Positions 24,301 to 36,881 of a stretch of 64,000 nucleotides of DNA are shown piece after piece (position 1 is the stretch's first letter; every line of letters begins with the position of its first letter). Both the position numbers and the translations under genes were made by a program. This DNA comes from Rhynchopus sp. YZ270_cl-10 (Eukaryota), in the NCBI GenBank assembly GCA_964035575.1, contig OZ037834.1:1116001-1180000 (forward strand), written 5' to 3'. Under the pieces are notes generated by a model that worked only from the letters and a program-made list of their open reading frames with translations, was not told where the DNA came from and did no database searches.

Positions 24301-24571
24301 CTGTGGCGCCATGCGCAGTAAGCGCTGCAATGCATCCTTCTGCGAGAGAAACAATCGCAGCCAAGGTCGCACCTCCACTGCTCCGTGGTGACCCCATTTC
24401 AAACACGCTTTCTTCAGAGCAGCCTCGTGGGTCGGTTGGGTGGTTCAGGTGGGTGGTGGTGGAGATGGGTGGGTCAGAAATATGTGTCGGGCTGTTGACG
24501 GAGGTATTGTCGTACTCCGGGACCTCCTCAGGGGGGCGGTCGTGCGTGGGGCTCGCAACGAGAGTCATCAT
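21322..24571 (-). CDS. Myotubularin-family phosphoinositide 3-phosphatase with a C-terminal FYVE domain; exons 24571-22124, 22080-21517, 21405-21322
   Basis: Myotubularin motifs [53 protein letters not shown] and QFPQAFEFN. Removing GT-AG intron 22081-22123 restores CNSPKERKEL; removing 21406-21516 completes the FYVE domain RRHHCRCCG...[15 protein letters not shown]. Confidence 0.93.
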
Positions 24572-25118
24572 CGATGGCGAAGCAGGGTTAGGGATGGATA
24601 TATGAGCGTTTGTTAAAAGAAAGAGTGAGAAGGGAAAGGGGAGACGGGGGGGAGAGGAGGGGAAGAAAAGGGGGATAGTGTAGTCCCCCCTGTGGAGTGG
24701 GTGTGTATGTTATGAAGAGGGGGAGGAGGTGAGTTTTGGATATGTGTTTCGCGTAAGGGAGGAAGGGGGGAAGGAAAGAAAGGGGACAACTTTTTTTTTT
24801 GCGTTGGCTACACTGAAACAGCCCTTTGGTACAGTGTACAACAAGGTGGGGTGGACCACCCAACCATGCAGTCCTTCATCCATTTTAGTGGTTTACATAT
24901 AAACAAAAGTGAAGTAATGCAGGCACCTCCGACTGAACCACGTACGACGCCAGCCCGGATGAAAGCACAATTACCCTGAGCCAACAATAGAAGATGTAAA
25001 AGGAAACCTAAAGTAGCCTCACAAAAAAAAAAAAAAGCCATCCTTCGTGGGTCGCGTAACCGCCCAGCAGAAAGACCCTCTCCTAACCACGCTACCCTTC
25101 AATAATATGCACTTTCGT

Positions 25119-26082
25119 GGGGGGTGGCATCAAAACAAAAAACGCGGACAATGTCCGCGTTTTTGGGGGGGGAGGGGGGGGGTCTGAAATTCCAGAAAAC
25201 GCGGACATTTTGGGGTTTTTTTTTCCTGGAAATTTTTTTTCTTTGCCGGGGTTGTACACGATTTTGACCAAAATTTATAAAAACTCGTCCATTTCGGCAA
25301 ATTGACCCCACCACAGAACCGGCGGATTCAGGAAATGCAAATGCCGGTGTTTTCGGGCAAAATAAAAAATACAAGATGCCCGCGTTTTTTTTTGCAAAAT
25401 GTACACGCATGGGGGGCCCTAAAACCCCTGCTACCACGTGTTTCTACAGGCAAACACTTGGACCCATTGACCTTACACGACGGGTTTTGACCAAAATCAA
25501 GAACTTGCCCATTTTGGCAAATTGACCCCACCACAGAAAGGACGGATTCCGGAAATGCAAATGCCGGTGTTTTTGCGCATTTTCATGGTTTCAGCATCAG
25601 AGAGAGAAAATCTGCGTTGTGGGATTTACCTTGGCCCCTTTACCTTACACTCATTTTGACCAAAACCAAGAACTTGGCCATTTCGGCAAATTGACCCCAC
25701 CACAGCGCGGACAGATTCCGGAAATGCCAATTGCGGCATGTTTTGGGGCTGAAAAATTTTCACCAGAAAATTTTTTTCAGCAGCATTTTTTGGCCGAAAA
25801 TGGGCCCCACGTATTAGTGACCGGGCTCATATTTTCAAAAATTTAAGTGGTCAAAAAATTGTCCAATTTTCGAGATTGACCCCACCACTTTCTGGACGGA
25901 TTCCGGAAATGCCAAAAAACTGTGTTTTGGGTCACGAATTTGCACCCCGTCACCCAAAAACCAGCAAAAAATAGGGGGAAAAAAAACCAAAAATGTCCGC
26001 GTTTTGGGGGGGGGAGGGGGGGGTCTGAAATTCCCCAAAAACGCGGACATTGTCCGCGTTTTTTGTTTTGATGCCACCCCTG
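25119..26082. mobile_element. hAT-like non-autonomous element with four internal direct repeats
   Basis: About 45-bp TIR GGGGTGGCATCAAAACAAAAAACGCGGACAATGTCCGCG; the right end reads CAGGGGTGG on the minus strand; the internal unit TTGACCCCACCAC...GGATTCCGGAAATG also occurs at ~51500, 55290 and inverted at 61045. No TSD seen. Confidence 0.78.
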
Positions 26083-26229
26083 GGGAAATCATCAAAAAAA
26101 ACTCCCAAATACCCACAAACAGATGTTAACAGGGGGGTTTCCGGACGAGTCCATATCCATTGTATCACGGCATCAACCGGGAACACCTTTTTTTTCAAAA
26201 AAAAAAGGACGGCATTTGAGACCCTCACT

Positions 26230-27111
26230 TCATAACTCCTCTCTGGGTCTGTTCTTTGCAACCTTTGTACGGAGTGATTCTACTGCCTGCTTCACGACAC
26301 CAGCTCGCTCCTCTAGCGTTACGATGTGCTCATCTGCACCAAGACGTCTGCAGAGACTCACTGCGGTACGTAACGCCTGCTCTTCAACGTGCAGACGCTT
26401 TACTGCACGACGGTGACGGTCTGCACTACTCCCTCCTCCGCCTCCACCATCACCCCCCATCAACACCCCCCGCACCAACGATACATCCTCCAACAACACT
26501 GCCAACACTAACCTCGCGTCGTGCAACGATGTGCTCTCATGCACACCATACCTCCCCAACGCCAAGGTGCTATGTGGCGACCCCTTCCCTTCTCTTGTCA
26601 TTTCCGCAAAGGATGAAAGGAGAACGGCAGTGCTATTACCCTTCTCCCTCCCATCACCATGCGTCAAACTGTCGGAAGTGGATGTCAAAAAGGCGGTCCA
26701 AATCTGTTCCGAAAGGGGTACCCCATATCGCCGCATGAGGGTCAGAGTAGCGGAAGGGTGCTCCGCTGTGTTGCGTCCTTGGAGCAACACTGCGAGGAAG
26801 GTTCTCTGGCTTAAGGTATGTCCAGATTGGCAGGCATGCTCCGCTAGGTCCCTGGCCTCTTCCGCAGAGTTCGCACACTCGATCCGCGCGATCCAATGCC
26901 CTGCGTCGCGCTCCAAAGTGTTCTCCCATAGGTCCAACACAATGTTCCTCTCCCCACGCTGCACCAAATGACGCAGAAGGCTTGTCTGCTGGAAGTTACG
27001 TAGGTTGTTGTAGTTGTCTCTACAGCGTTTCGGGTCCGTTCTGAACTCTTTAACATACTGAGCAACACGAACCGACCATTTGGTGTCGTTAATGAGGGTG
27101 CGGGAGGCCAT
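26230..27111 (-). CDS. PPR-like helical-repeat protein (293 aa)
   Basis: About 35-aa repeats such as AEEARDLAEHACQSGHTLSQRTFLAVL and LTLMRRYGVPLSEQIWTAFL. Confidence 0.7.
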   Translation of the reverse strand: MASRTLINDTKWSVRVAQYVKEFRTDPKRCRDNYNNLRNFQQTSLLRHLVQRGERNIVLDLWENTLERDAGHWIARIECANSAEEARDLAEHACQSGHTLSQRTFLAVLLQGRNTAEHPSATLTLMRRYGVPLSEQIWTAFLTSTSDSLTHGDGREKGNSTAVLLSSFAEMTREGKGSPHSTLALGRYGVHESTSLHDARLVLAVLLEDVSLVRGVLMGGDGGGGGGSSADRHRRAVKRLHVEEQALRTAVSLCRRLGADEHIVTLEERAGVVKQAVESLRTKVAKNRPREEL

Positions 27112-28566
27112 TGAGGGGAGGAGGGGGAGAAGGAGGGGGGCTGGGGGAGAGCCCTGTAGGGAGGGGAGGTGGAAAAAGATTTGAAATAAAAGGCCTTCTC
27201 GTCAGTAGTGCAGTGGGAAAAATGCTGACTCTTACATTCAAGCTAACTGATCTTAAAATGCGGGATTTAATCGAATTCGACGAAATGGGAAGAGTATTTT
27301 TCGTTGAACGCAGTATTTTTAAAAGGGAGAAAATAGTCGGTATTATGTGATACAACGTTGGCTGGTATTCGGGTTTCTAATAACACTACGTCTTGTTGAG
27401 GAACAAAAAAATGACCTGGTGCACCGTGGGGGTCATGCGGTCTTACAGTTCCATTTCGAGGTTTGACATCTCAAAAAAATGGGGGAGCGTGGGTGGTTTT
27501 GTTTTGCATGTTGCATATATTGTTTGTGTCGAAAAAATGTTGGGGGGTTGATTTGTGGCGCTGCCTCCTAAGCCTCTGGTGTAAACACAAAGGCAGGAAG
27601 GGGGAAGAGAAGAACATGGGGGAAGGGGAGATTCAGAACCTTTGAAGGCGTGAAGAGGGGGGGACAGCTGATATGAATGGATTATGCGACAATGTGGATT
27701 ATTAATCCGGATTGTCGTAATCCACATTTTTAGAGTCCACATTGTCGTCCCCCCAATATGAAATAGCTAATAGAGCCGCATACACATCTTCGAATTTGGG
27801 AATGGATATGGGGAACGAGGCAAAGCGTATGGCAAAAATAAAGAATGAAACACATAAAAAAAATCAAAAAAACTTCGTGCGTTCTATGAAAAGAACGCAG
27901 GAGAAAATAATTGGTCTGATTTTAAACGACTGTCAAGGGATAGCAGCCACACCTCACGATGCCAGCCCCGGATGAAGCATAAGTGCGGCCAACAACAGAA
28001 GATGTACACTGGCAAAAATGAATTTGCGCCACGAATTGCGGGGAAAGGGGATTCTATTGAGGGGTGAGACGGTACGTCAATTCGAGAAGACATACGAGAT
28101 GAAAAAGGTTGGCTTGAAATACAACAATCCGCTCGTGACAGTGTACCTTGGTACAATCATGGTGACCGGATGTATCGGGAAGAAATGGGGGAGAGAGGGA
28201 GAGAGAACGGTTTCTGTAAGAGTTGTAAATGGAAGTTGAACCGAAAGCTTCTCTGTGCGAGTCAACCTTGAAAAACAAAATAACATAAAAAAGAGACAGC
28301 ACGAAAAACGCCTCACACAAAAAATATAAGTTGACTTGAAATACAACAGCCCTCTTGTGACAGCGTACTTATATATATCAACACGAATGAGGAAATCATT
28401 GGATAAAGTAAAACGACGATAAGAATGGTGGTATGTCATTTGTCGAAGCCTCCCACGCACAGTGTACCTTAGTACAATGACCGATGCACCTGGGTGGGGG
28501 GGAACAAAAACAAAAACACACACACACATTTCTTTGTCTAGCTTTTTTCCCCCCTCAAACTCCTCC

Positions 28567-29172
28567 TCAACTCACATTGTATAGCATGCAACGGCTTACT
28601 TCGTAACGTTCAACGAGGATAAGGCGAAACACTTCTTCGACAAACCCGAGCGCGAGGGCGGGACTTGTCAACCAGCCCTCCTCGAGCTCTGCCCGGAAGA
28701 GCACCCGCACGATCGCCTGCTTGTTGCAGTAGTCGAGCACTGCCTTGTGCATGTGGAAGCTCACCCCGTCCCCGCAGTGCGGTTGCCGTGGTTTGCCTTT
28801 GAGCGCTTTGAGCTCCGACACAGCCACGTAGCCTACGTCGCTCTCGGGTGGGTCGAAGAGGTGGTAGCAGGCGTGCGCGGTGAGCTTCCAGCGTTCTGTC
28901 TTGGTGCCGTCATTGGCTTCGACGGCACCTTCCCCGCAGATGTACTCACAGAGGAGTTCCATCAGCTCGTAGTACGTCACTGGAGGTGCCTTCACGCCGA
29001 CAACAAGGTGGCTAACAAGCTTGCCCATAAAGGCAGTGTCTGTGATGCCCAGGTCTGCAAGGGCTGCACGCATGCCCGTCTCCGTGAAGCGCTTCGTGCG
29101 TGGGTCAACGTGCGGTGTGACGATGTGCACAATGAGATACATCGCCTCCTGGTCGAGAAAGCCCTTCGCCAT
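28567..29172 (-). CDS. EF-hand-like hypothetical protein; 5' end unresolved
   Basis: ACYHLFDPPESDVGYVAVSEL and VTYYELMELL resemble degenerate EF-hands. The frame stays open upstream to a CAG acceptor at 29263-29265, so an upstream exon or trans-splice site is possible. Confidence 0.7.
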   Translation of the reverse strand: MAKGFLDQEAMYLIVHIVTPHVDPRTKRFTETGMRAALADLGITDTAFMGKLVSHLVVGVKAPPVTYYELMELLCEYICGEGAVEANDGTKTERWKLTAHACYHLFDPPESDVGYVAVSELKALKGKPRQPHCGDGVSFHMHKAVLDYCNKQAIVRVLFRAELEEGWLTSPALALGFVEEVFRLILVERYEVSRCMLYNVS

Positions 29173-30964
29173 GTCACGGCGCGTGTTGAGGCGCTTGCTC
29201 GCATCGTTGCAGTCAAGGATCCAACGCTCCTTCGGAACGAAGTACGTCTCGGGCTCTGCGTCCTGTGGGTAGGGTGGTGTTTGGCAGTAGGTGGGGTGAT
29301 GTAGGACAAATGGGTTTTGCGTGAATTACATACATCAATTTGCCCGCACGGCAAAAACAGCAGATATGGACTGAGTGCCTCTTCAACGTGCTCCGTTTTT
29401 CTGTGTTTTTTTTTGGGGGGTTGTGGCGGGTGATCGGGATGCGGATGATGGGTGTGGGAGGTGAGGCGAGGGAGGTTTACACACATCAACGTGGACGGCT
29501 TCTTCTTCCCACTCGGGTAGTGGCTGCTTTTGCAAGCAAGCGTCACATGGTACGGCATGTACTATCTACAAGCGGGTGCCTTTGTCCAACACGCACCGTA
29601 TTCTCAACACAGGCGTGCGGATGACAATATGCTGAGGGTTGTGTGTGTGATGCGACACGCGAATGTGTGTTTCTCTCTACTCCCTGCCCCCAACTTGATA
29701 CCTATATACTGGGGGAGAGCTGGTGGGGGGTCTTTGTTGTGTGAGTTGCGCGCAGAACACCCCTACCTAAACAAATACACCGCAATTCGCTCTCTAAAAG
29801 AGAAGAGTTAGTAGTGCCTACGAGTCATACCTAGAAGGCGAATATAGGGCGAATACGAAATTCGCCTTCTAGGTATGGCTAGTGGTGGTTACACAAAAAA
29901 AAAATGGGGCTGTTATGTGTGAAGACACGAGGAGAACAAAGGGAAGGGGTAGGGGAAAGGGGGTAGGTCGGTAGGTCGCTTTATGGCTCGTTGCCGTTAA
30001 GTACACTGCATTGGGAGCACTGTCTTTTTTCCTTGAGAACATTTTTCGTTTCATGCAGAACAAAAACAAAAATGCGCATTGAATTAGCGTGTTGGGCCCA
30101 GGTTGCGGTGAAGAGATCGGCACGCAAAGAAAAGTTTATAAGATGATCCTAAGCCTTTCGTGCTTAGTCACCTTGTCAACAAAAAGACTATGACGATAGA
30201 GCGCACGGTGCACAGAGCGAACGTCATGGCACACAATATGTGTTGCGAGGCTGTTCGCACAGTACACCGGCCACTTTTCAACTTCCGTCGATTCTATTTC
30301 CTATTTGTCAAAATGCTTGGTATATTTATCAAAAAAAAGGAGAGCAAAAAGAAAACTTGTCAGAGGCATGAATCCTGCTCCAACGAAGATCAAAAAAGGT
30401 ATGGAAAAGGGGGGAAAGGGAAGAGGGTGCAAGGCGACTCATCGCCGTGCACCAAACAGTTTATGTTACAACTCACGTTCCACGTTTTTGTGTATGTGGT
30501 TAGGCCACAACCCAGTATGCAAGGAGTTCTGTGGTGTGGGCTAAGAACCTCTACCTATTTACCTATTTACCTATTTGCCTATTGGCTACGTTTAAAAGAC
30601 AAAAACAAAATCGTTGTATTATTTGACAATCACCCCCTCGGAGATGTCTTTCCAGGAGCACCCGAAACGTTTAAAAAATAAAATGTACACTTAAACCCTT
30701 TTGTGCCACAACACCTTCTACAGTACCCCATCGAAGAAAGCTTCTGTGGTTATTAATGTATTTTTTTTCCGTTCCCGAAAAAAGAGAAGTTGAAATGTGC
30801 AAACGCCTCACCGTACACCGGCAGGGCAGCAGAAATTAATTCATATACATTCTTTTCTTAGCGAAACAAAAAGAAAGCAGAAAGAAAGAAAAATGAACCG
30901 AAGCTTCTTGCTTAGCCACCTATAAAACAAAAGGAGCCTCATCCCCTTCTTCACCCCCTCTTCA

Positions 30965-32302
30965 TCACACCGTCCGTGGGTAGCATCCCAGCACATTAAG
31001 GAATTTTGTGATGTCTTTTAATGCTGTCAGAGCTTTTACTACATTTGTGTCTTCAAGGTTTCCATCGAATTCAACGTAGAAATTGTATGAGTCAGCACTA
31101 GACCCTGACGGGAGCGACTCAATGACAGACAAGCTTATTTCATATTCGGAGAACACAGACAACGCACCGACCAACGACCCACTCTGGTGGGGAAGACCGA
31201 AGCTGAGACTCACCTTATCTGCACCAGAGGACGAGAGCGTTTGCTTGGCAAGCACTATATAACGAACGTCAGCTATCCACGTTTCTGCGATGATGTGCAG
31301 CGCGGCAGTGGCCTCCTTGACGAGAAGCAGCTTCGTGGTTTTGTTGATCCCTGTCTCCGAGTCTTCGAGGGGCACAAAGCCGTAGGCAGCGGTGTTTGCC
31401 ATCACCGAGGCAAACACCTCCTCATGCCCAGCGCACTGCACAACCAACCCCGCATCGCCCCCCAAGTCAAAGTGCTGCAACGCAGCCCTCTCATCTGCAC
31501 CTGCCACTGCAACGTTCCCATGGCTCACCCTCTGCAGAAGGTACAACACCTGAACCTCTTTGGTGACCGGCATGACCAACTGCTGGTACATCTCGGATAT
31601 CACTTCTGGGTCGATTTTGGAGGTAGTTGGAGAAGGGTTGACCGGGTCTGCTCCGTATGTAGAAGCCTTAAGGGCGACACGCTTGCAGACCTGCGCTTCG
31701 ACAGCGGAGTTGGTGAGGAGGGACATAATGCCGTCAGCGTCGTTGGATCGGATGAGTGCGGTGTATCGGTCCGTTTCTGCACGGAATTTCGCTTCGGCGA
31801 TGAATTTTCCAAAATGAATGCGTTTCGACAGCGCCTGGAGGCAGGCGATGTCAGCCACCGCGGAGCTGCCAAAGGTGCGCTCATCGCTTTCGACGGCACT
31901 CTTCTTTGTGAGCTGCGGGAGAATGCGCTTTGTGTAGATCGAGAGCAGCTTGGGGTTCACGTTGATGTTGTTCGGGCGGATCGTCTGCGGGTAGTTCAAC
32001 GCCGGCAGGATCGGCGCAGTGCTGTGCGCCTGCGACGAAAAGGAACACTCATCAGGCGACGTATACCTCCTGACCTTGGCATGCACCATCTCCGTCTCAT
32101 GCAACATATGCTCCACAAGCGACGTGCCCTGTACCGGAAGTACCTCCTTGTCGTACACCTGCGGGTTAAGCGGAAACTGTGCACGTTCGATCAACGCAAA
32201 GATAATGGTCTCCTCCTGCCGGATCAGCTGCTCCCTGAAGCTGTCTAGCGTTAAAGGGGAATCTTGGGTTGCGCCATCTCCTGCCCAGACTGGATCCGTC
32301 AT
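30965..32302 (-). CDS. Eukaryotic (Aro7-type) chorismate mutase fused to a truncated prephenate-dehydratase-like domain and an ACT domain (445 aa)
   Basis: CM motifs LTLDSFREQLIRQEETIIFALIERAQF, VRRYTSPDE, LQALSKRIHFGKFIAEAKF and TKEVQVLYLL; PDT-like EEVFASV...YGFVPLEDSETG; ACT-like GSLVGALSVFSEYEISLSVIESLP...VLGCYP. Confidence 0.93.
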   Translation of the reverse strand: MTDPVWAGDGATQDSPLTLDSFREQLIRQEETIIFALIERAQFPLNPQVYDKEVLPVQGTSLVEHMLHETEMVHAKVRRYTSPDECSFSSQAHSTAPILPALNYPQTIRPNNINVNPKLLSIYTKRILPQLTKKSAVESDERTFGSSAVADIACLQALSKRIHFGKFIAEAKFRAETDRYTALIRSNDADGIMSLLTNSAVEAQVCKRVALKASTYGADPVNPSPTTSKIDPEVISEMYQQLVMPVTKEVQVLYLLQRVSHGNVAVAGADERAALQHFDLGGDAGLVVQCAGHEEVFASVMANTAAYGFVPLEDSETGINKTTKLLLVKEATAALHIIAETWIADVRYIVLAKQTLSSSGADKVSLSFGLPHQSGSLVGALSVFSEYEISLSVIESLPSGSSADSYNFYVEFDGNLEDTNVVKALTALKDITKFLNVLGCYPRTV

Positions 32303-32485
32303 GGTGTGATGTGGTGTGCTGGATTGAGAGAGGTGGAAAAGATGGGGCTTGAGGTGGGGGGAAAAAAAGCAAAAGAAGCAAAAAAAAAAAAAATCTGCAG
32401 TTTCCGCGCCAAAAATCCCCACCAAATACCCAAAATGTGACCACAAAAAAAGCCCCTTTTGGCTGTAAAGCCAAAAAGCACAAAG

Positions 32486-33073
32486 TTATCCTGCATTATC
32501 CCCACCCTTCGGCGACCCTATCTCTTCATCTAACGGCACATCTATGCTCGCCTGCGCTGTGCAGTACTTCTGTGCGAGCTGGAGGCCATGGTAGCAGGCG
32601 TCACTACCGTCTGCTAAGTACTGCAAGGTGTGGAGGTCCATGCGCATGAGAACAGGTTTGTTCACCACACCGACGGAGGGGAGGGGGTGGGCACGCAGGG
32701 ACACGAGACGGGCGTGCGCGGCGGACAGCGATAGGTAGTCGCTTCTTTCCTTTTCCTTTTCCTTCTCCTGCTCTCTCTCTGTGTCCTGGGCGGAGACCCC
32801 CCCTGCAGACCCCGTATTGTGTGCAGAAGCGTTGTTTGCCATATGCTCCATCAACCCCGCCACAAAAGCAATGAGCCCAAGCGCATCCCCGTCCTGCCCC
32901 TCAGACGCAGCCTTAGCCCACATATCAATACCAACCATCGCCTCGCTCTTTCGCACCCGGTCCTCTAATTCAACTAAACGCCGCTTTCGACGGTGGCGGA
33001 ACAGCACTGTTAAGGCTGCGCAGAGGAAGCATGCTGACCCAAGCACGACGACAACCATCATGGGTGCGTCCAT
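32486..33073 (-). CDS. Hypothetical single-pass membrane protein (195 aa)
   Basis: ATG-initiated ORF with a hydrophobic N-terminal segment followed by RHRRKRR; same strand as its neighbours. Confidence 0.7.
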   Translation of the reverse strand: MDAPMMVVVVLGSACFLCAALTVLFRHRRKRRLVELEDRVRKSEAMVGIDMWAKAASEGQDGDALGLIAFVAGLMEHMANNASAHNTGSAGGVSAQDTEREQEKEKEKERSDYLSLSAAHARLVSLRAHPLPSVGVVNKPVLMRMDLHTLQYLADGSDACYHGLQLAQKYCTAQASIDVPLDEEIGSPKGGDNAG

Positions 33074-33306
33074 ATTTACTTTTTTGAGAAAAATGAGAGA
33101 AAAAAAGAGAGGTCGTAAAGAGGGGATGGTTCGGCACCTTTAAAATAGAAAAAGGTATTTTCGAGGCACAGACAGATGAAAAACACAACAAAATATGAAC
33201 AGCTCGAGAAGGAAAAAAATGACGTGGTGTATTGTTGCTTGGTGGTGTGTCACCTTTTGGAGGTGGTGTGTTTTTTTCGGGGGGAAGGTTATGCCAAACA
33301 AAGGCT

Positions 33307-33874
33307 GGGGGAAATGGGTGGGGTTTGGCCTGTACGGGCCTTTACGCGCCTATACGCGGGGTAACAATCAGGTGGTTATGTCATTCGTGTGAAGTGAACG
33401 GGAAAAAAAAAATGATGTAGTGGCTGTCGGTAGAGAGCGGTGAGCAGAGATGAGACGGGAGAAAAAAAAAAAGGAAAAATATGTATTATTTGGGTAGTTC
33501 GACCTGACGTGAGGGAAGGGGGTGAACAGGGGGGTATTTTTTTTTTTTTTGTTACGTTTGAGAAAAACTTGAAAGATTGGAGCATACAAGTAAAACGGAC
33601 GTCACGGAAATGAAAAAAAAATGCTCGACCCACTGCCGTCGTTGCCGTGAAAAATAAAAAAAAACGGCCGTGAAAAAAAAGCGCCCTTTTTATGTACAAA
33701 AATTTCACGGCCGTTAAAAAAAAAACAACGGCCGTGAATTTTTTGTACAAGTCTTTGAAGGAACACACAGTGAAGTACGAGAAAAGGCGCCACTCAAGAA
33801 CCATCCCACCTGATTTTTACCCCGCGGATAGGCGCGGATAGGAATGTACAGACCAAACCCCACCCATTTCCCCC
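33307..33874. mobile_element. Inverted-repeat pair or MITE-like element
   Basis: GGGGGAAATGGGTGGGGTTTGG...AATCAGGTGG is inverted at 33804-33874; internal CACGGCCGT repeats also occur at 35395-35510. Confidence 0.65.
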
Positions 33875-33929
33875 TATATTCCCACAACCCACCTGATTTT
33901 TACCCCTGAAGAAAAGGAGGGTAGGGCAG

Positions 33930-35310
33930 GAGAGGACCGGTTAAGTGATATCGCACAGAAAACTGCGCTGGGTACTGGGTACTCCTTGTAGGGTCTTGTT
34001 GCCTTTTGGCACATGTATTGTGTCCACGGTGTGTTGTGTTCACTGCTCTGAAGGTGCTGGCTCTCATCTACCTGATGGGGTAAGTGACACAGCATCTGAC
34101 CCGCCATCTGTAATCTTCTGGTTTCAACACTGCCTTTCAGTTCTGCATACTGAATTCGCAGCATCCCGAGCGTCTCACAACCTCAATTATTAGTCTTTGC
34201 CCGAGAAGGATGTGTTTGGACTCACTCAACCGCGTTCATCACTCTTGTGCCAAAGAAAACATCGGGCAAACGTTCACGGGAGCAAAAGGGTGTACCCCTC
34301 CCTCTGCGCGTATCTCGCCAACGTAGCGAAGAAGATCCAGAGGTGTGCAGAACGTGATGCGGTCTATTTTCCGACAAAAAAGACGGAGGATAGTTGTTCA
34401 ATGGTGTGCTGATTCTGTCGGAAGATTTTGCACTGTAAGCTGAAGAACACCGCAAATGGTTCAACAGATGAGGTTCGTCTCACAGTATTGATGTGTGCTC
34501 CACAACGGAAAGCCCATCAAATATGAGAAGAGTACTTTGCTCAAGAACCGGTTACAAGTGCTGAAACACGAGAAATATGCTACTCTGAAGAACCGGGAGC
34601 ACGTACAAGTGCTCAGAAATGCCACACGCTCCAACTACAATTCACAGTAGGGTGAAAACGTGGGCGGGCAGCGGGAGACCAGCGCAGCAGGGCACGCAGG
34701 TGATGGTTTGGATAAGTCCATTTCCTGTGAGAGTGGAATCCGGTCGAAGTCATAGTGGGGACGGAACAAAGGTTGCAGCTGAGCTGTTCTCCAGGCGTGA
34801 GTGGCAGATTGTTGATACGTTTTATTTTTCCTTCCTTCAAAACTTCACACAACGCTTTTTTGGTCTTTGGGAGACACACAAGGTGCCAGGTTCTATGATA
34901 AGCACGGAACCACCCTGCACCTGTTTGTCATATTGTTTCCCGTGCAATACATGGAGAAACGTTTCGTACTCGAAACTAGGGCACATTGCATTGTATAAAG
35001 ACCTCCGAGGCACCCCAAAAACTTCTCCAGGCGTGAGTGGCAGATTGTTGATACGGAGGCTGTTGTTCAGAGACAACCGGTGTATGAGGATGCTCCCATC
35101 AGACGCTGGAGGTAGCATCAATACTGTCCTTCAGGGCAGTAGGGATAACTCCACAGTTCGACCTGTCAGCAGTTGTGACGGAGTGGAAACTAGGATCTGA
35201 GCGTATAGCATCGCAGGCAGGGCAGGACCACCATAAGTGCTCATTCGTGTCGTCAGCTTCCCGATTGCAGTGGGGCCGACTTTTTTTTGCACTTTTTATG
35301 TTGCTTTTAC
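33930..35310 (-). pseudogene. Degenerate 3' part of a non-LTR retrotransposon ORF
   Basis: Broken ORFs; PHCNREADDTNEHLWWSCPAC resembles the post-RT zinc knuckle (CxxC...EHLxxxC); further Cys/His-rich fragments; internal 33-bp duplication at 34786 and 35023. Confidence 0.6.
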
Positions 35311-35699
35311 CCCCCAAGAATGACTTGGGAGGGATGGGAAAGGGGGTTGGCCCTGTCTACGAACGAAAAAGAAGAAACAAGCAAAAAGCGTGGAAATATT
35401 TCACGGCCGTGATCAATGCAAAATTTCACGGCCGTTAAATTTTTCAGATTTTCTTCACGGCCGTGACCTCCCCGACAAAAAAAATTTTTTCCCGTCGTGA
35501 CGGCCGTTATACTTGTATGTTGGAGGGGGAAAAAAAAAACTTCCCGAAAAAAAAAACGGTGGAACGATAATACCAGAGCGGAGACTGAACCTGAATAGAA
35601 TACTAATAATATAAAAGAAACAACGAAGATGTGCCTCTCGTGCACACACACACACACACATTTTTAAAAAGGGTTGAAAGAGGAAAAGGCTTCACAGAG

Positions 35700-36025
35700 C
35701 ATACACATCTTTAAAAAAAACGTGAATTTGAAAGTGCAAACGCCTCATCGTTCATCGGACGCAGGGCACTGACTAAAAAATAAAAGAAACGTTTATAAGA
35801 TGAACCTAAGCCTCTCGTGCTTAGCCACCTTATCAAAAATGGTAGTTATAGATGCAGGCACCTCCAGACAGACCCACGATGCCATCCATCTGGATACGAA
35901 AAAAAAAAAAATTGTTTCATATACTAACTATTCTACTGAATAGAACTTCTTATTAGAAGGTAAAATAGATAAAAGAAAGATTGATAAAGATGACCGTTCG
36001 CCTCTCCTGCTTAGTCACATTGAAA
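35700..36025. repeat. Stack of short co-oriented elements (families C, A, B, A) in an A-rich (sense T-rich) tract
   Basis: C TGAAAGTGCAAACGCCTCA at 35728; A GTTTATAAGATGAACCTAAGCC at 35791; B GATGCAGGCACC at 35851; A again at 35982. Confidence 0.8.
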
Positions 36026-36881
36026 AAAAAAAAAAAAATGAGGTTGGGATGTACCAAAGGTCTCTGGACAAAGGGCACGGGGGGAAAAAATAAGGAAGTG
36101 AAAAGTGAGGCTTGAAGCAGAAATGTGGAATACTCTTGTTGAGTGTTGTGTTTCTGGTCTTTTGCTGTGATTGTTCAACTCCACGCAGGTTCCCGTGCCA
36201 AAACATTAGTTAGGTTTGGCACAAAAGAAAGTGAAGCTACAATAAAACACCAAAGAAAAACGAAGTCTCTCTTGTTACTATTAGAACCTATATTCTAAAA
36301 AAAAACGCAAAAATAAAACGAAGCAAAGTACGAAGGAAGCTTGGCGCACACCACACCTCTTTCAAGAAAATGTGACTCTTTTTTTGAAATACAAAGCACT
36401 CTTGCGACAGGGCACCTTGGTACATCTGACATGCAGAAAAAACTGCAACCCCCCCGATCCCCGAAAATTTCTCCTCCATCACCGTACAAATATCACAAAA
36501 AAGACCGTTGTATTCAATACCATACCCACAGCCTGCAGCCAACAACTTTTTTACGGCGTCAGCAGGCATAACTATAGTTATAACAAACGAACAAAACAGG
36601 CTCACCCCCGGGGGGTCTTTTTTCCCCCTTCTCTTTTCTTCCACAGGGAACGCAAGCAAAAACATCTCGTCCACCCAGTGCTCTCCTTCGTTCCATTTGT
36701 TCACTACCTAGGGCCTAAACGTACCGCACAGCCAAGCTTGGGGGGTTTTTTTTTTTTTGAAATCTCGTTTTCGTGTCGACACCCGAGGATGAGGCTCCAC
36801 TATCCCGATTTATTTTGCCTTTTTTTGATAAATTGTTGGAGTAGTGTAGTTGTCTCGGTTGTGTTGCCACAGTTGGCAAAA

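Noticed and set aside
28992..29558. 188-aa ORF as the first exon of the EF-hand-like gene
   Set aside because: Different frame, low-complexity composition, and no convincing ATG-to-donor exon could be established.
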